A stretch of DNA of 64,000 nucleotides from contig NC_068986.1 in NCBI RefSeq assembly GCF_001194135.2, positions 114,642,563 through 114,706,562 on the forward strand. Direction: 5' to 3'. Below, piece by piece: positions 1 through 13,339 of the stretch. Made by a program: the position numbers and the translations under genes. Numbering within the stretch: position 1 is the first letter of the stretch; every line of letters begins with the position of its first letter. Origin of the DNA: Octopus bimaculoides. Taxonomy: Eukaryota. Below the pieces are notes generated by a model, which was given only the letters and a program-made list of their open reading frames with translations, was not told where the DNA came from and searched no databases.

Positions 1-177
1 TCATTGGATATTTAACTAAGAATACTTAGTGACATACATGTCATACAAAAGTATGTCGCTTTCCTCCAGTTTACCCCCCCATTTTACTCTCACACAGGCA
101 CTTCATTCTCTTCACATCCCTCCTCTTCCTTTCATTCTCCTTTTTCATTGTTTCTCTCCACTCATTGTTTCTTTTTC

Positions 178-440
178 ATTCTTCTCTCTCTCCTCATTCT
201 TCTCTCTTTCTCTCCTCATTCTTCTCTCTCTCTCTCTCCTCAGTCTTCTCTCTCTCTCTCTCCTCAGTCTTCTCTCACTCTCTCTCTCCTCAGTCTTCTC
301 TCACTCTCTCTCTCCTCAGTCTTCTNNNNNNNNNNTCTCCTCAGTCTTCTCTCACTCTCTCTCTCCTCAGTCTTCTCTCACTCTCTCTCTCCTCAGTCTT
401 CTCTCTCTCTCTCTCCCTCTCTCCTCATTCTTCTCCTTCC
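178..440. repeat. CT-rich minisatellite, 26-bp period
   Basis: Unit cagtcttctctcactctctctctcct recurs at 265, 291 and 317, with a 10-N gap at 326-335. Confidence 0.9.
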
Positions 441-3406
441 CTTCAGCTTTTATCCACTGCGTGTGTGTTTGTGTAGTAAATTCTTACATACAAACGTACG
501 TAGATGTCGTACGTAGATGTCGTATTGTCTGTATGGGCATCTCATAAAATATGCATACAAAGCTGTGTGATAACATCACCATAAACACAATATCAATATT
601 ATGTTATAAAATACACCCTCCAGAGATATCAGGAAAGTGTAATGAAATCTTGCAATATACTGATAACAATATGTTGATAACAAACCACTAAAGAAACAGG
701 AGTTATCTGATGAAGCAGGCATGGCTGTGTAGTTAAAGTCACTCCATAGCCACATGGTTCCAGGATCAATCCTACCACATGGCTCCTTGATCAAGTTTTT
801 TTTTTTATTATAGTGGAATTTGGCAGAGAGAACTGCGGAAGCCATATGTGTATGTGTGTGTGTTTGTGTGGTAGGGTACCAAAGTACTCTCAAAGAAACA
901 CACTTTGATAATTAAATTCAAAAGGACTCCAAATTAAAATTAAAAATGGGATTATTTCGTAGGTATGTAGATTCCAGCAGTTTTAAAAAATACAATAACA
1001 TCAGCATAACCACTATCATAGGGTTCACTTCCATGTGGTGATGGAGAAGTGTATGTTACACACAAATTTCTGATAGAAGCCTAGATCCCTGTCCAACGGA
1101 AATATATATATAGAATATATTTATTTTCATGTCTCTTGATTTCCAAGTGCCATTCTGTTAACACTATTTTTATCTATTGTATATTGTTCTGAAATTTGAA
1201 TTCTCTCTTTTTCCTTGAGCCCTTTGTTAAACTCTTGCACAAAGAAATATTTTTGTTATATCTTCAAAATATTTTTTTATCACAGACGTATATATGTATG
1301 GGTACCTTTTGTGATGTATGTATATTGGTGAAGAAAACTGAGATGAAAACAATGCTTTTAAAATCAAGTCCTTGCTACATGTTCTGCATTAACTTACTGG
1401 TACTCCCTTGTTACTGACATCATCATACATGCAGTGAACTAGTGATTAGCACCTTGGAAACCTGCAACCAATGATGGTTTCATTCGCAGTATGAATGATA
1501 AAAATAAATAATGCAGATCCATTTTGAAGTGGAGCCAGATGTACCAGATTTACTTTGTTCTGTATTCATTACCCTTCATTAGAAAGTGTGCTTCATTGTT
1601 GAGCTGGGGGGGGGGAGTTGTCTGCCCCTGAGGATTTTTATTTATTTATTTAACTGTGCATAATATGAGTAATACACCCTGAAAAGTTATAACTACTGAA
1701 CTGGATAATGTCATTTATGTTTAGCCCCAGGTTAACTCTGAGTGGGCTGACCTATGATGATCAAAGGCATTCTGCCCAAGATCATTCTGTCTTACATCAT
1801 CCAATGTGTCCCCTTCCAATGTGATGATGGATTGTGGTTTAAGGGGGATTTAGTTGTTATTTCTAACAAGTAATTCTTAAAAAATTGTTTTAACATGTTT
1901 AATGAAGTCACAATAAAAAGGGTTTAATTAGAAAATATTACATAAGAAACTTCTAATATTGTTCAGCTCAGCAAACATGGGAAGACAACTGCAGACATGT
2001 TTTGGTCTTAGTAGACCTCATCTGTGAATCGTGAACATCACTGTACTTCCTGAAATAGTGACGGCTAAATCAGTCAGTAGACATATAATACTATACAGGA
2101 GTAAATATGAATAATTTGAATATTTACAAATGATAAATCATTAATGTTAATTGTTCTTTTTTAGCCCTAGGCTAATCTTAATCCATCAAACCTATCATCA
2201 AAGCTATTCCAGCCGTGTGCATTTTGTATTCTATTCAAACATAGTATACACCATACAATGTAACTTTTGATGCTATTTATTTAACCCCCAGATGAATCCT
2301 AATCAAGCAGAGCAATGATCAAAAGCATTCCAAGTGTGGCCATTATATCTGTTACTTGTATTGTGAGAAGTCAGGGTCACATTAGCCAATGTATTCTTCT
2401 TTTTTTTTTAAATGTTGAAGGATGATCTGAGGGAGACTTGACTGTTATTTGTAACAGATTGAGACATAATGTAAAGGTTTCCTTGTTGCCAACATTAAAC
2501 TAGATAATAACAATGATGCCTTGAGTTTAATTGTCCCCAAGTTTTCTAAGTACAATACCTGCTGTTGCTGACATCAAGGACAATGTCTTCAGTCAAGTTT
2601 TGTAAAAGCAAAATTTTTTATCATACTTCTGTCATTTCACCTCTCCAAGAGAACCTATTATCTCTAAAATATTGTGCTCTCACTCTCTTCTTCATTCTCT
2701 TTTCTCCTTCCCTTCCTCTATATCATGCAAGGATATGTGCAGCCCTGAAAATGGAAAAGTTCTCTGACCTTGCTAAATGCACCCACTTCAAACCTCTTGA
2801 GACAAAGAGAAATCTTCGCTGATGAATGAAAGTGGTCTCCATATAAATCCAGCTTATTTAGTTGCCTGCCTACTTCACTCATATAAACCCTACATTTAAC
2901 AATACCTAATCCTTGCATCTCATGTATGTACTCTCCTTGACTCCATCTTTACTAACAATGTATCAGATTTATGATTACTATATTTCCTGTTTTCTTACAG
3001 TGGTATAAAAACAAAAATTGTTTTTGTTTATGTAAAGAGCTCATTGAACTAATCTCAGTATACAACTTCAGTCAACTGAAAATTTAGATACAGAAAAATG
3101 TAGCCAACTACTTTTAGGCACTGTCGTTCCTATAATCATAATTTGCTTGTTGATATTGTTACATCATAAACACCAGTTATAACTTACATCCCCACACTGT
3201 ATCCTAACACGCATCCTTACACTGTATCGTATCCCATATTTTTATATTGTATTAGACTTCACATCTTTACATTGTATCATGAGTGAGAGCAACCATAAAT
3301 TTTATCTTAATACTGACATATCACTATGATTTAGCAAAACTCCTGTCTGTTATATATTGTAATTAAGACCTGTTATAATTCTCTTGTTTATATTATGGCA
3401 TTGTAA

Positions 3407-3442
3407 GACTAAATATATATTTTTTATTTTTTTCAGGTGAGT
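3407..3442 (+). promoter_or_regulatory. Candidate recursive splice site (ratchet point)
   Basis: gactaaatatatattttttatttttttcag|gtgagt: branch-like ACTAAA, U-rich tract and CAG, abutted directly by a consensus GTGAGT donor. Lies in a long sense-strand intron. Confidence 0.5.
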
Positions 3443-3490
3443 GTCACACTAAAAACAAATTGGATTTTAACACCTACAACAACAGTATGG

Positions 3491-3548
<58 letters not shown>

Positions 3549-3906
3549 TTGCTGTTCCTGTCTGTGTTGTGTATGTATTTCAAATCAAATTAATACTCAC
3601 CTAACTATAAAAGGGTAGATACATTTACTTATTTGTGCATGAGAGACAGAGGGAGATAAGTACATCATGCAAGGTTAAACTTCCTTCAAGAAAGCAAGTA
3701 CCTAATACACTTGTAGAGCAACAATTTCATTATGTATCCAAGGATTTCTACACAGGATGAATTTAGTAGTCCCTGTGAGGTACTGAATTTCTCAATACCC
3801 ATAATAAAATATACATGGCTGACTATATGTACTGAGTCCCTGCCTCCTGTTAAAATTTCTTGTGGATGTTTTATCTTAGAGCATTTCCTTATATATTGGT
3901 TCACAA

Positions 3907-4400
3907 GCATCATAACCATTTAAACATCTGTTTTCCCTGCTGGCATGGGTTGGATGCTTTGGCAGGAGTTGACCAGCTGAAGAGCTGCCTGGGCCCCATG
4001 TCAGTTTTGGCACAGTTTCTACAGATGCATGCCTTTCCTAAACTCAATCACTTTGCATAGTGTATTGGGTGTTTTTACGTGGCACTGGCTTAGGTGCTTT
4101 TTACATGGCACCAGCACCCATGGGCCCACAACCATGATGTTACTTAGCTTCACAAGTCTTCTCAAGCACAGCAAACTGCCAGAATTCTCAGTCCCTTGTC
4201 ATCCTCTCTGTGAGGTCAAACATTTGAAGATCCTTTCTAAATACTTTATCCCACACCTTCCCTCCACAATTAGAGATTGGCACTTCTTGATGCAGCTGAC
4301 CTCATCCAGAAATTTCTGGAGAAGCTGCTACATAAGCTTGTTATCTATCCAAGAGATTTGTATCTTCACATTACTGAAACATGTTGGCCACTGATACATG
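3907..4400 (-). mobile_element. RTE-clade LINE 3' end (ORF C-terminus plus 3' UTR), 5'-truncated
   Basis: Minus strand encodes IVEGRCG/DKVFRKDLQMFDLTERMTRD*EFWQFAVLEKTCEAK*, an RTE-type C-terminus. It continues into the abundant TTAGGAAGGGCATCCAGC-core repeat and a degenerate ATG-repeat tail. Confidence 0.65.
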
Positions 4401-5346
4401 AACCGCTAATGTTGAAGCATTACAGACTATAAGTGTGGCAGTGAGGCTATGTTGTGTGGCAGTGAGGATGTGTTAATGTGGCGAGGCAGTGAGGATGAGC
4501 TGTTGTTGTGGACTGTCAGGAAATGTAATTGCTAAGTAGAAATGAGGATGTTTTTCATTATTTTTCTGTTGGATGTGATTTAACTCCCTTCCCAGTATGC
4601 TTCTACAAATTCAATCCAGAAATACATGACACCTGCTACTTGCTAGAAATACAAACCAAATCTTCTTCAAATGTACATGATTCCCTTTTAAATTAGGAAA
4701 GAAACAAGGGAGAACATTACCTGAGTAATGTTGAATAAAAGATGAGGTGGTTACAGTTGAAATACCTTTTATGATATATAAGCTGATTCAAGGCTAACCT
4801 GAGGCCACACAGCAACAACTCTAAACACAGGCAAGACTCCTTATTTCTTTCTTCCTATCTATGCTTTGGCACAAAGCATAGACTTATTTGTGCTGAGAGG
4901 GTAGTAACCTTTCTTCACCATATTATTGCTACTAATCTAGGCATCTTGGAATGGGACACAATTAATTGTCTATAAAGTTTGAATGGATTGGAAGAATATT
5001 ACAGCTATTTATTCCTGCTGTCAGCTCATTCTCTTGTCAGCAGCCAGTCTGTTAGGACAGACACCAATAATAATAATAATGATGATGTCTTGATAGTAAT
5101 ATTAATGCCTTTATTATAATAATAATTCTTTCTACTAAAGGCACAAGGCCTGAAATCTTGGGGGAGGCAGTAGTTGATTACATCGACCCCAGAGTTTCAT
5201 TGGTACTTATTTAATCGACTCTGAAAGTATGAAAGGCAAAGTCGATCTCAGCAGAATTTGAACTTAGAATGTAAAGATGGACAAAATGCCACTAGGCATG
5301 TCACCTGATGTGAGCTCACTGCCTTTAAAAAGTGTGTGTATGTGAA

Positions 5347-5464
5347 ATGCTTACAGCACCAAGGTTTCCCAAGCAGTCACCCATCTAAGAACTAACTAGA
5401 CTCAACATTGTAACTTCGGTGAATCAATGAGAACTGGTGCATTCAATGTGATATGACCAAATTT
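5347..5464 (-). pseudogene. 5S rRNA pseudogene (or 5S-derived SINE head)
   Basis: Minus strand reads ggtcatatcacattgaatgcaccagttctcattgattcaccgaagttacaatgttgagtctagttagttcttagatgggtgactgcttgggaaaccttggtgctgtaagc, collinear with metazoan 5S rRNA. Differences are mostly CpG->TpG/CpA, with damage in box A and box C. Single copy, no array. Confidence 0.82.
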
Positions 5465-8400
5465 GGATCAGTACCGAAGAGCTGCAGTCAATTTAACCAA
5501 TGCCAGTATGTGACCAATATATATTTTATCACACACTACTCCCCCACTTTGGAAGGATGTATATCAAAAGTTGACCCGAGTTGGATTTGAACTCAGAATG
5601 TAAAAGACAATTTTTTTAAATGTCTACTGTTCTCCTATTTCTACTAATTGCTTCTAATAGGAGCACAAGGCCACAAATATGAGAATAGCATATAGCCAAT
5701 TGAATTCAAGCCCCATTAGGCATATCTTTTACCATAGCTACACATTGACCAATCCCTTGAGTGGAATTTGATGGATAGAAACTGTGCAGAAGCCCGTCAT
5801 GTGTGTCTATCATTATAGGTTCACACTGATGCAAATTGCAAGTGAAGGAAGTACTCAATATCATTAGGTAGAGTGGAATAACATACACATGTGTATGTGT
5901 GAATGTTTGCGACTTCTTGTCTTCACATTGCATGATAGTAGTAAATGAGTGTCACTACCATACAAGGCGCTGGAAAGAGTCCTGAGCATTGTCTTCTTCC
6001 CTAAGTGATTAAAAAAAAAAGTCCCCCAAAAGGATTATAGCTCAAAATAATAATTATTTTCTAGTATAGCTGGTTAGGTTAGGTTTAATGCAGGCATGGT
6101 TGTGTAGTTAAGAAACTAACTTTGAATCTACAGAGTTTTGAGTTCAATCCCACTGCAGGACATGTTTGGCCCATATCTCTGAGTTGAACAAAGCCTTATA
6201 AATGAAAATACATGGATAGCAAATGTATGGAAACCCTTAGCATTACCTTTCCTGTTTTGAGAACAGACTCGATCTATCACCTGGTTTAACACCACCACAT
6301 GGCCCTTAGGAAACTTTAGCAGAGTCCACTTTGTCACAAGTACTCAGACCTGGTGTGTGGTCTAAGAATAGTTTACTTCCAGTCTCCCACCAGTCTCAGA
6401 GGTTTTGCAAAGGGTCATAGGCACTTCCCCACATCCCGTATCTTAAGTCTGGTGTAAACATAAAGGCTCATTAGGCCAGAACTGATCTCAGTTTCCAAGG
6501 CATATAATCAACAGAGAGTACAATAGTCTCACCTATAATGGGACACCAGTCAGTCCCAGCTGAATAGACTGAAGCAAAATGAAATGAAGTGTTTTGCTCA
6601 AGACCACAACATGCTGCCCAGTCTTTATGATGAGTCAAACACCCTAACAACAAGAGGCTTTTCCTCTGAGTAAGCCATGGGGAAAAAAAACTGATCCTAA
6701 AGCAAAATCCACTTCAGTGAGAATCAAACAAAAATTTCTTACAATAGTGGGAGCAAGTAATGTTTGCGGAAAGATGGGAATGAAACTGTTGGTTTTGGTG
6801 ATAGTTCACTTGTTCAGTCAAATGAACACTTCCCTTATTTAATTAGCATATAAGTGGTTGAGTATGCCACAGACATGTGCATATACCCTTAATGTGGTCC
6901 TCAAGTAAAAACAGGGTGACATGGTAAGCAACAAAACTGGACTTTTGAAATACAAATATAATCCATCTAACAGTCTTCCATACAGTTTCTATCAATACAT
7001 TTTCAATCACAAGATTTGAGTTGACAAGAAGTTGTGGTAAAATAAATGTATTTGCACAAGATATTATTACAAAGTGAAATAAAACCCACTCTTTGTGTTT
7101 GTAAGAAGGTGAATAATTGAATCAAAACATATGTAGATTACTGGTATTTATATAAAACAAAGGAACTCAGTACATTCAATAAGCCAAGCCTCTTTTGAAT
7201 CATGATGATCTGAAGGACATTCGGCTGCTGTTTCTTGCAGTTTGAACAGTTATGTAGAGACTGATAGTGTATGATAGATAAATTGTGTTGTTGTTTAACC
7301 CTATATCAATTATGATGTAACAGGTCTATAATCAAGGCCATTCCAATTTTCTTTTTAAGTAAACTCTTGAAAATCTTGTCTTTTTAAAACAGTTGGGTGA
7401 GGTTTGAAAGAAATTTGACTGCTATTTTCAGCAGGTGCAAAGACTACATACAGAGGTTCCCTTGATAGCTGCTCCTTAGAAAGAGGTGTGTTGTAGGTGT
7501 AGTACATTTTTTTTTTCTTTTACTTAGCTGAAGATCAACTCTATTTGAGTAGTGATTAGTTAGACTTCCAAGACCTGACCATCCCATCTGGTTTGAAAAT
7601 ATACATTATTTCAGCTGTCTTTTTTTTTTTTTCAATTCACTAGTGTGTGAACCAAGATAGATTTAGTTGCTTTTTCTAGCTAGCTGATGCCCACAGTGGC
7701 TCCTGTGTATGAGTGTGTAGTGTACACAGAATATATCTCTAGGGTATCATAGTAACCCTGTTTGGATGACCTTATTTCTGGACTGACCCAGATCATATGG
7801 CTGTTCACTAGTTGGTTGGTTGGCTGGTTGGTTGGTTAGCGAAGGGGAAGGGGCAGAGTGAAAGAGATAGAACAGTTGTGGAGAAATGGAAGTAAAGATA
7901 GTGCTTGTGTGTGTATGTGCATGTGTATACCTCATTATGTGTACTTCTTAATAGGTGTGTGTGTGTGTGTTTAGGTGTGCTTCTTAATCAGGGTGTGTGT
8001 GTGTGTGTGTGTGCTTGCTTGTCTACATGCTGAGAAAAGGAAATGTGAAAAGAAAAGCTTACATTCCTTATTGCTTGACCTTTCACTGACCCAGCTGATA
8101 GGGAAAGGGAGGGAGAGAAAGAGAGTGGTAGCAGGAAGAGGGAAAGACATTTTCAACTCTTCTCTAAATGCACTTACTAACTGCCTTGATGATGGTAGTG
8201 ATGATGATCTTGTCCTGTTTACAAAGCAGTTTTATACACACACACACCCCTTCTACTCATTAACACAGCTTCAAATATTTTGTTTGTTGGGTTGTGATGG
8301 CCTTACCCAGCCTTAATTCCACAGTAGAATACCTACCTATATATACTCACTGTTAATACATATATATACACACAGACACACACACACACATATACATCAA

Positions 8401-8519
8401 AGGTCGAACAGAAAGAACCCAAAGAGAAAAAGTTAGCCGAAAACAGGATCTTTTTCCATCTCAAGCACAGATTTTGGATTTTTTCCATGTCAAGCACAGA
8501 TTTTTTTAATTGATTTTTT

Positions 8520-8643
8520 TTTAATTAAACACTTTGAAACTTTGGATACTGGTTGAATGTGTCATGTAGAACAGGGTTTACTCTTAACGTTTTTGACAAA
8601 ATTTTGTATTTTAGAAGTTATTTCGTGTTAAAGTTGTCATATT
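8520..8643. mobile_element. Fragment related to the 46875-47503 element
   Basis: aaacactttgaaactttggatactggttgaatgtgtcatgtagaaca...gttatttcgtgttaaagttgtcatatt matches the reverse complement of ~47335-47460. Confidence 0.65.
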
Positions 8644-8689
8644 GATGGAACAGATCCCAAAAACATATAGATATGTATATATATTACTC

Positions 8690-8873
8690 TTTTACTTGTT
8701 TCAGTCATTTGACTGTGGCCATGCTGGAGCACCGCCTTTAGTCGAGCAAATCGACCCTGGGACTTATATTTTGTAAGCTTAGTACTTATTCTATCGGTCT
8801 CTTTTGCCGAACTGCTAAGTGACAGGGACATAAATACACCAGCATCGTTTGTCAAGCAATGCTAGGGGGACAA

Positions 8874-8915
<42 letters not shown>

Positions 8916-8926
8916 GNNNNNNNNNN

Positions 8927-8964
<38 letters not shown>

Positions 8965-9075
8965 GACGGGCTTCTTTCAGTTTCTGTCTACCAAATCAAC
9001 TCACAAGGCTTTGGTCGGCCCGAGGCTATAGTAGAAGACATTTGCCCAAGATGCCACGCAGTGGGATTGACACGC
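8690..9075 (-). mobile_element. tRNA-headed SINE with internal (CA)n/(TA)n microsatellite
   Basis: Two conserved blocks (TTTCAGTCATTTGACTGTGGCCATGCTGGAGC... and GACGGGCTTCTTTCAGTTTC...GCCCAAGATGCCACGCAGTGGGA) separated by microsatellite and a gap. Head copies of this family (CATGGCTGTGTGG...CCACATG.TTC.GG.TTCAATCCC) lie near 717, 6091, 42803, 46465, 57640 and 61240. Confidence 0.75.
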
Positions 9076-9503
9076 AGATATATATTTATACATACACACA
9101 CACACATACACACACACACACAGATATATAAATATGTATCTCCAGTCACTATATGGATTTAAAATATTAATTAATACTATTAACCTGCACTCAGTACTAA
9201 TTGTAATACCTGTCAACACACACACACACACACACACACACTATAGATAACCTGTATATGCAAACGCCAAATTTTTAATACTGTGTATGTGTGTGTATAC
9301 TCTCCAAATTTGAATTGGCTGTTTGCATTATTGGACTTTGTGCCAATGGATGTAACACACACACACACATACCTGTGGAGGTACTGTCTGTGTATGTTTA
9401 GTCTACAGCCATGCCACAGCAGACTCTAAACTATAGTTTCTAATAGTTCTGGTAAATGTTTACTGATGGCAAATGAGCTTTCAACTTACACAACTACACC
9501 TAA

Positions 9504-9506
<3 letters not shown>

Positions 9507-9580
<74 letters not shown>
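9507..9580. repeat. (CT)n microsatellite
   Basis: Uninterrupted CT run. A similar run lies at ~3494-3542. Confidence 0.95.
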
Positions 9581-9582
<2 letters not shown>

Positions 9583-12078
9583 CCTGCCACTATTCACCTG
9601 GAGCTATTTGTGGGAGCTTCTATGATTGATTCAATCCACTTGCTAGAAACAGTAGTAAATAGCCCACACTCCACCATCTCTAAAATAGGAACAACATCAG
9701 ATAATGTAGTTTGAGATAGATTGTCTGAATAAATGACAGATTGGTTAAGACTGGCCTTAGTCAATAACAACAACCACTAAATAGTTTCTAAGGCATGTAC
9801 ATTCACTGCAAAACACTCCAACACCACCAGACTAAAATACACTATACTCCAGGTATTCAATCCGCTCTATGTAGCAACCAAAATTCTCTTCAAATCATAC
9901 TGTTAATAAAAAAAAGACTCAGTTAAATCCACTGCAATCTACTTTATATATATTATCCAAATATTTCAATCAATTGCTCTTATTGGAGTTATCTGCCTTG
10001 CTTGTTTTTAGGTTTTAAGCACACTTTAATGAAGTTTTTAATTACTAATTGCTTGAATAATCTCAGTTGATGGAAGTTTTTCAGTTGACAATATTACATA
10101 TGTATTATGTAATACTGACAATATTACATAATACAATTTCCATGTGGTTCTGAGTGAATATTTTTGGATCTAAAAAATAATTATCAACAGATTATATCCT
10201 GCATGATATTGCCAGAACACAATTATTAAAAAGCAAAACTTTCTATCTTTGGCGGGCATGCAAGTAGTCAATTGGCACTTCCAGAATATATGCCCCATAG
10301 CCTCAGACTGACTAATGCCTTGTAAGTGGAATTTAGTAAAATCCCCCCCCCCCCACACACACACATACACATGAGGATAGGTACTTCAGACATTGATATT
10401 GCCAAGTTTTTCTGTTTGAGGTCATCAGGTATCATTACATGTTAATATAAACGCATGTGTTGGGGTTAGGGTTCTGCGTTATCCTTGTGTCAATGTCTAC
10501 TTTTGTTTCATACCTTACAACTATGATGAAACAATGTAAGACAAAATACCTGGGTAAATGTAAAACATGAAGATAGTGGCCTCACATGGCTACAGTCCAA
10601 TAACTCCAAACCAGCAAAAGCAGGTGTAATTAAAGAACCACAAGACATTTTGTCAGGTGCTCTAAGTCTACTCATTAACCAACCAACTTTAATAATAAAA
10701 TAAATTGTTTTTAGCAAAAGTACAAAACCAGAAATTTAGGGAAAGTAATAATTGATTATAATGACATAATTTCTTAACTAATACTTTGAGACCCAGAAGG
10801 ATAAAAGAAAAAGCTGACTTTAATAAAATTTGAACTCAGAACATAAAAAGCCCAAACAAACACTACAAGACAATTTGTCAACATTCTAACTACTTTACCA
10901 GTTCAGATATAGCTACAAGGCCAGAAATTTTGAGGGAAGGAACAATCGGTTAGAAATGACAACTTAATTGGTAATTATTGCACTGATCCCTATAGAGATA
11001 AAAGGCAAAGTTGGGACTGTCAGCTTAAGAAGTAATTCTGGTTCAATCCCCTTCCATGGCACCCTGTTTTGCTGCCTCATCTTATTCCACAAACACTATT
11101 TTGCAAATTTCTAGACCTCTTTTTCCACATGGATACCCCAATCATTGTTTTCTTTATCAAGTTTCTTTTATTTCTCCATCTCACCCAAATTCATTTTTTG
11201 TACTTGCCCTCTCTTCTGCCTCTGAACAATTGGAGAAAACTAGAGCAGCAAAGAGCCCCTTCTGTCTTGCAGGGCACAAGGCAACTTCAGTAGTGCTGGT
11301 GCCATGATAAGATATATCTAGTACATTTAGTAAACTGATTGGCAAATAAATGGAAACAGAAGAATGGAATTGAGAGGGGATCCTAAGTCTCAGCTCGTCT
11401 TGTAGACACAACAGTCTCTTGAGTGCTGGTACCATTGAAAAAGTGCTCAGTACACTCAGGAAAGTAACTGATATTAGGAAAAGAATCCAACTGTAGAAAA
11501 ACAACAAGACCCAGGAAAGCACTAGCTCTGAATAAGGATTGCCTTGAAACATGATAACCTGTTCAACCCATGTCAGTAGTTGTAAAATGATGGTGTATGT
11601 GTGTCTTTTTGGTGATGCATACTGACAAGAAACCAAAATAATCTGAACAATTCCTTGTAGAGTGAACAGGTGATTGATTTGTTGGGAACCTGTAACCGAA
11701 GACACTATTGTTCATCAATTGCAATATAATATGAGTACTCTCTACCCATCCCCATAGGAATAAAATTTACAATGAAAATGGTTGTAAGAAAATACTGAGC
11801 ATCAATTTGTCCATCTGATGAGCTACTGATTCTGCTTGCCACCTATCAGCCTAAATGATAATGTTGATGATGTTGCTAGTATATTTTGCTATAATAGAGA
11901 AATATTTTCCTTGTATAACTATAACTCTCCCCCACCATATGCATAGAGTTTGATGCAGGTGTGTGAGTGAGTGTAAGTCTCTCTTGTAAACTTGTGCAGC
12001 AATGAGAGGCAGGGGTGGTGGTGGTGCTAAGGTACTCAATGCACACAGTTTATTCATCTATTCAAAGATGAGACTTTT

Positions 12079-12109
<31 letters not shown>

Positions 12110-12842
12110 CACAAATTGTTTGTTTGCCATTGTCTTTTAAATAGTAGTTTTTGTTATTTCTATTTGTTGTTGTTGTCATTGTTTTATTGTTATTGTTATT
12201 ATCATTATTGTTACAAGTGACATTTTAGTCTGTTAACAACCCAATTGTGTGAGGTTGTTTAGATTGAAAAGGTTATAGTGTCTGTCTCTGCTACACAAAG
12301 GGGAAATTACTATTTTGTTGACCTCTATAAGAAAACCCACCAATCACAGAGTGGAGATGTTGTACAGTTGAGGCCTGAGTGTGTAGTGGTTGGTGAGTAT
12401 ATGTGTTATGTGTAGTAGCTGGTGTTTGTATGCATATAGTGTGCAGTGGATAGTAAGTATATAGTATTGTGTGTGTGTATATGTGAGTTGTGGCTATGTG
12501 TGTATTGGGGTGTGTAGTGGTATACTGTTTAAGGGATAAGGACAGTTGCAGTGAATGAGAAAGAGGAAACAACAAACAAAGAAGAGAGTGAGTGAGCTGT
12601 GTCAGGTGTGTGCAAATTACTAGTGTTTCAAAGTTAATTACCTGGAATCATATATCTGACCTGCCACTTGAGTTGAACTGTAACAATGACCCCTTCTTAT
12701 CCTTTCTATAAAAACAAGATCACTATTTTATAATAGATTCATACATAGTAGTGATAATGATTGCTATTGAGATTTAGCCTGAGGTCAGTCTCATGAGAGC
12801 AGGCCTGTAATCAAAAGTGTTCCATGATATCTTCATTTTTAA

Positions 12843-13047
12843 CCCTTTAGTATTCTAACCAGCCTTATCAGACCCACTGGTTTATGTTCAAACTTACCAG
12901 ATTGGGCCTCTCACACCTATCCTACAATGTCATTCTAAAAGTAAACAATCATATCGTTGAAATTTTATAGCTGCATGATAATGCATGATTAATTTAAAAC
13001 AATGTCAATAAATAAGCATTATATTTGGTAATCAAAATGCTAAAGGC
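12843..13047. mobile_element. piggyBac-type MITE (family 1), opposite orientation to the other two copies
   Basis: TTAA|CCCTTTAGTATT ... AATGCTAAAGGC|TTAA. Internal sequence is the reverse complement of the 49139 and 61974 copies. Confidence 0.8.
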
Positions 13048-13260
13048 TTAATACTTAATGTACCGCCTTCAGTATTCAAATGTGATATCGTTGTTGAGTC
13101 CAAGGTCAACACTAATCATTAGAGCTTTGATCAGAGGTATTTCAATCATGACCACACAATGTGATATGTTTCAGGCAATATCTCAAGAGCTTATCAAACC
13201 ATCCAACCCACACCAGCATGGAAAACAGACATTAAATAATTATGACAATTTATATATAGG

Positions 13261-13262
<2 letters not shown>

Positions 13263-13336
<74 letters not shown>
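13263..13336. repeat. (GT)n microsatellite
   Basis: Uninterrupted GT run. Confidence 0.95.

Positions 13337-13339
<3 letters not shown>

Noticed and set aside
29-547. 172-aa and overlapping Ser/Leu-rich ORFs
   Set aside because: Translations of the CT-rich minisatellite, and they span an N gap.
951-968. Other AG|GT juxtapositions (962, 17702, 32924, 44597)
   Set aside because: Weak pyrimidine tract, a non-YAG acceptor (GAG), or location inside a MITE. All are much weaker than the 3436 site.
11181-11705. 174-aa minus-strand ORF
   Set aside because: No recognisable domain, no convincing splice signals and no coding-like composition. Possibly old TE sequence.
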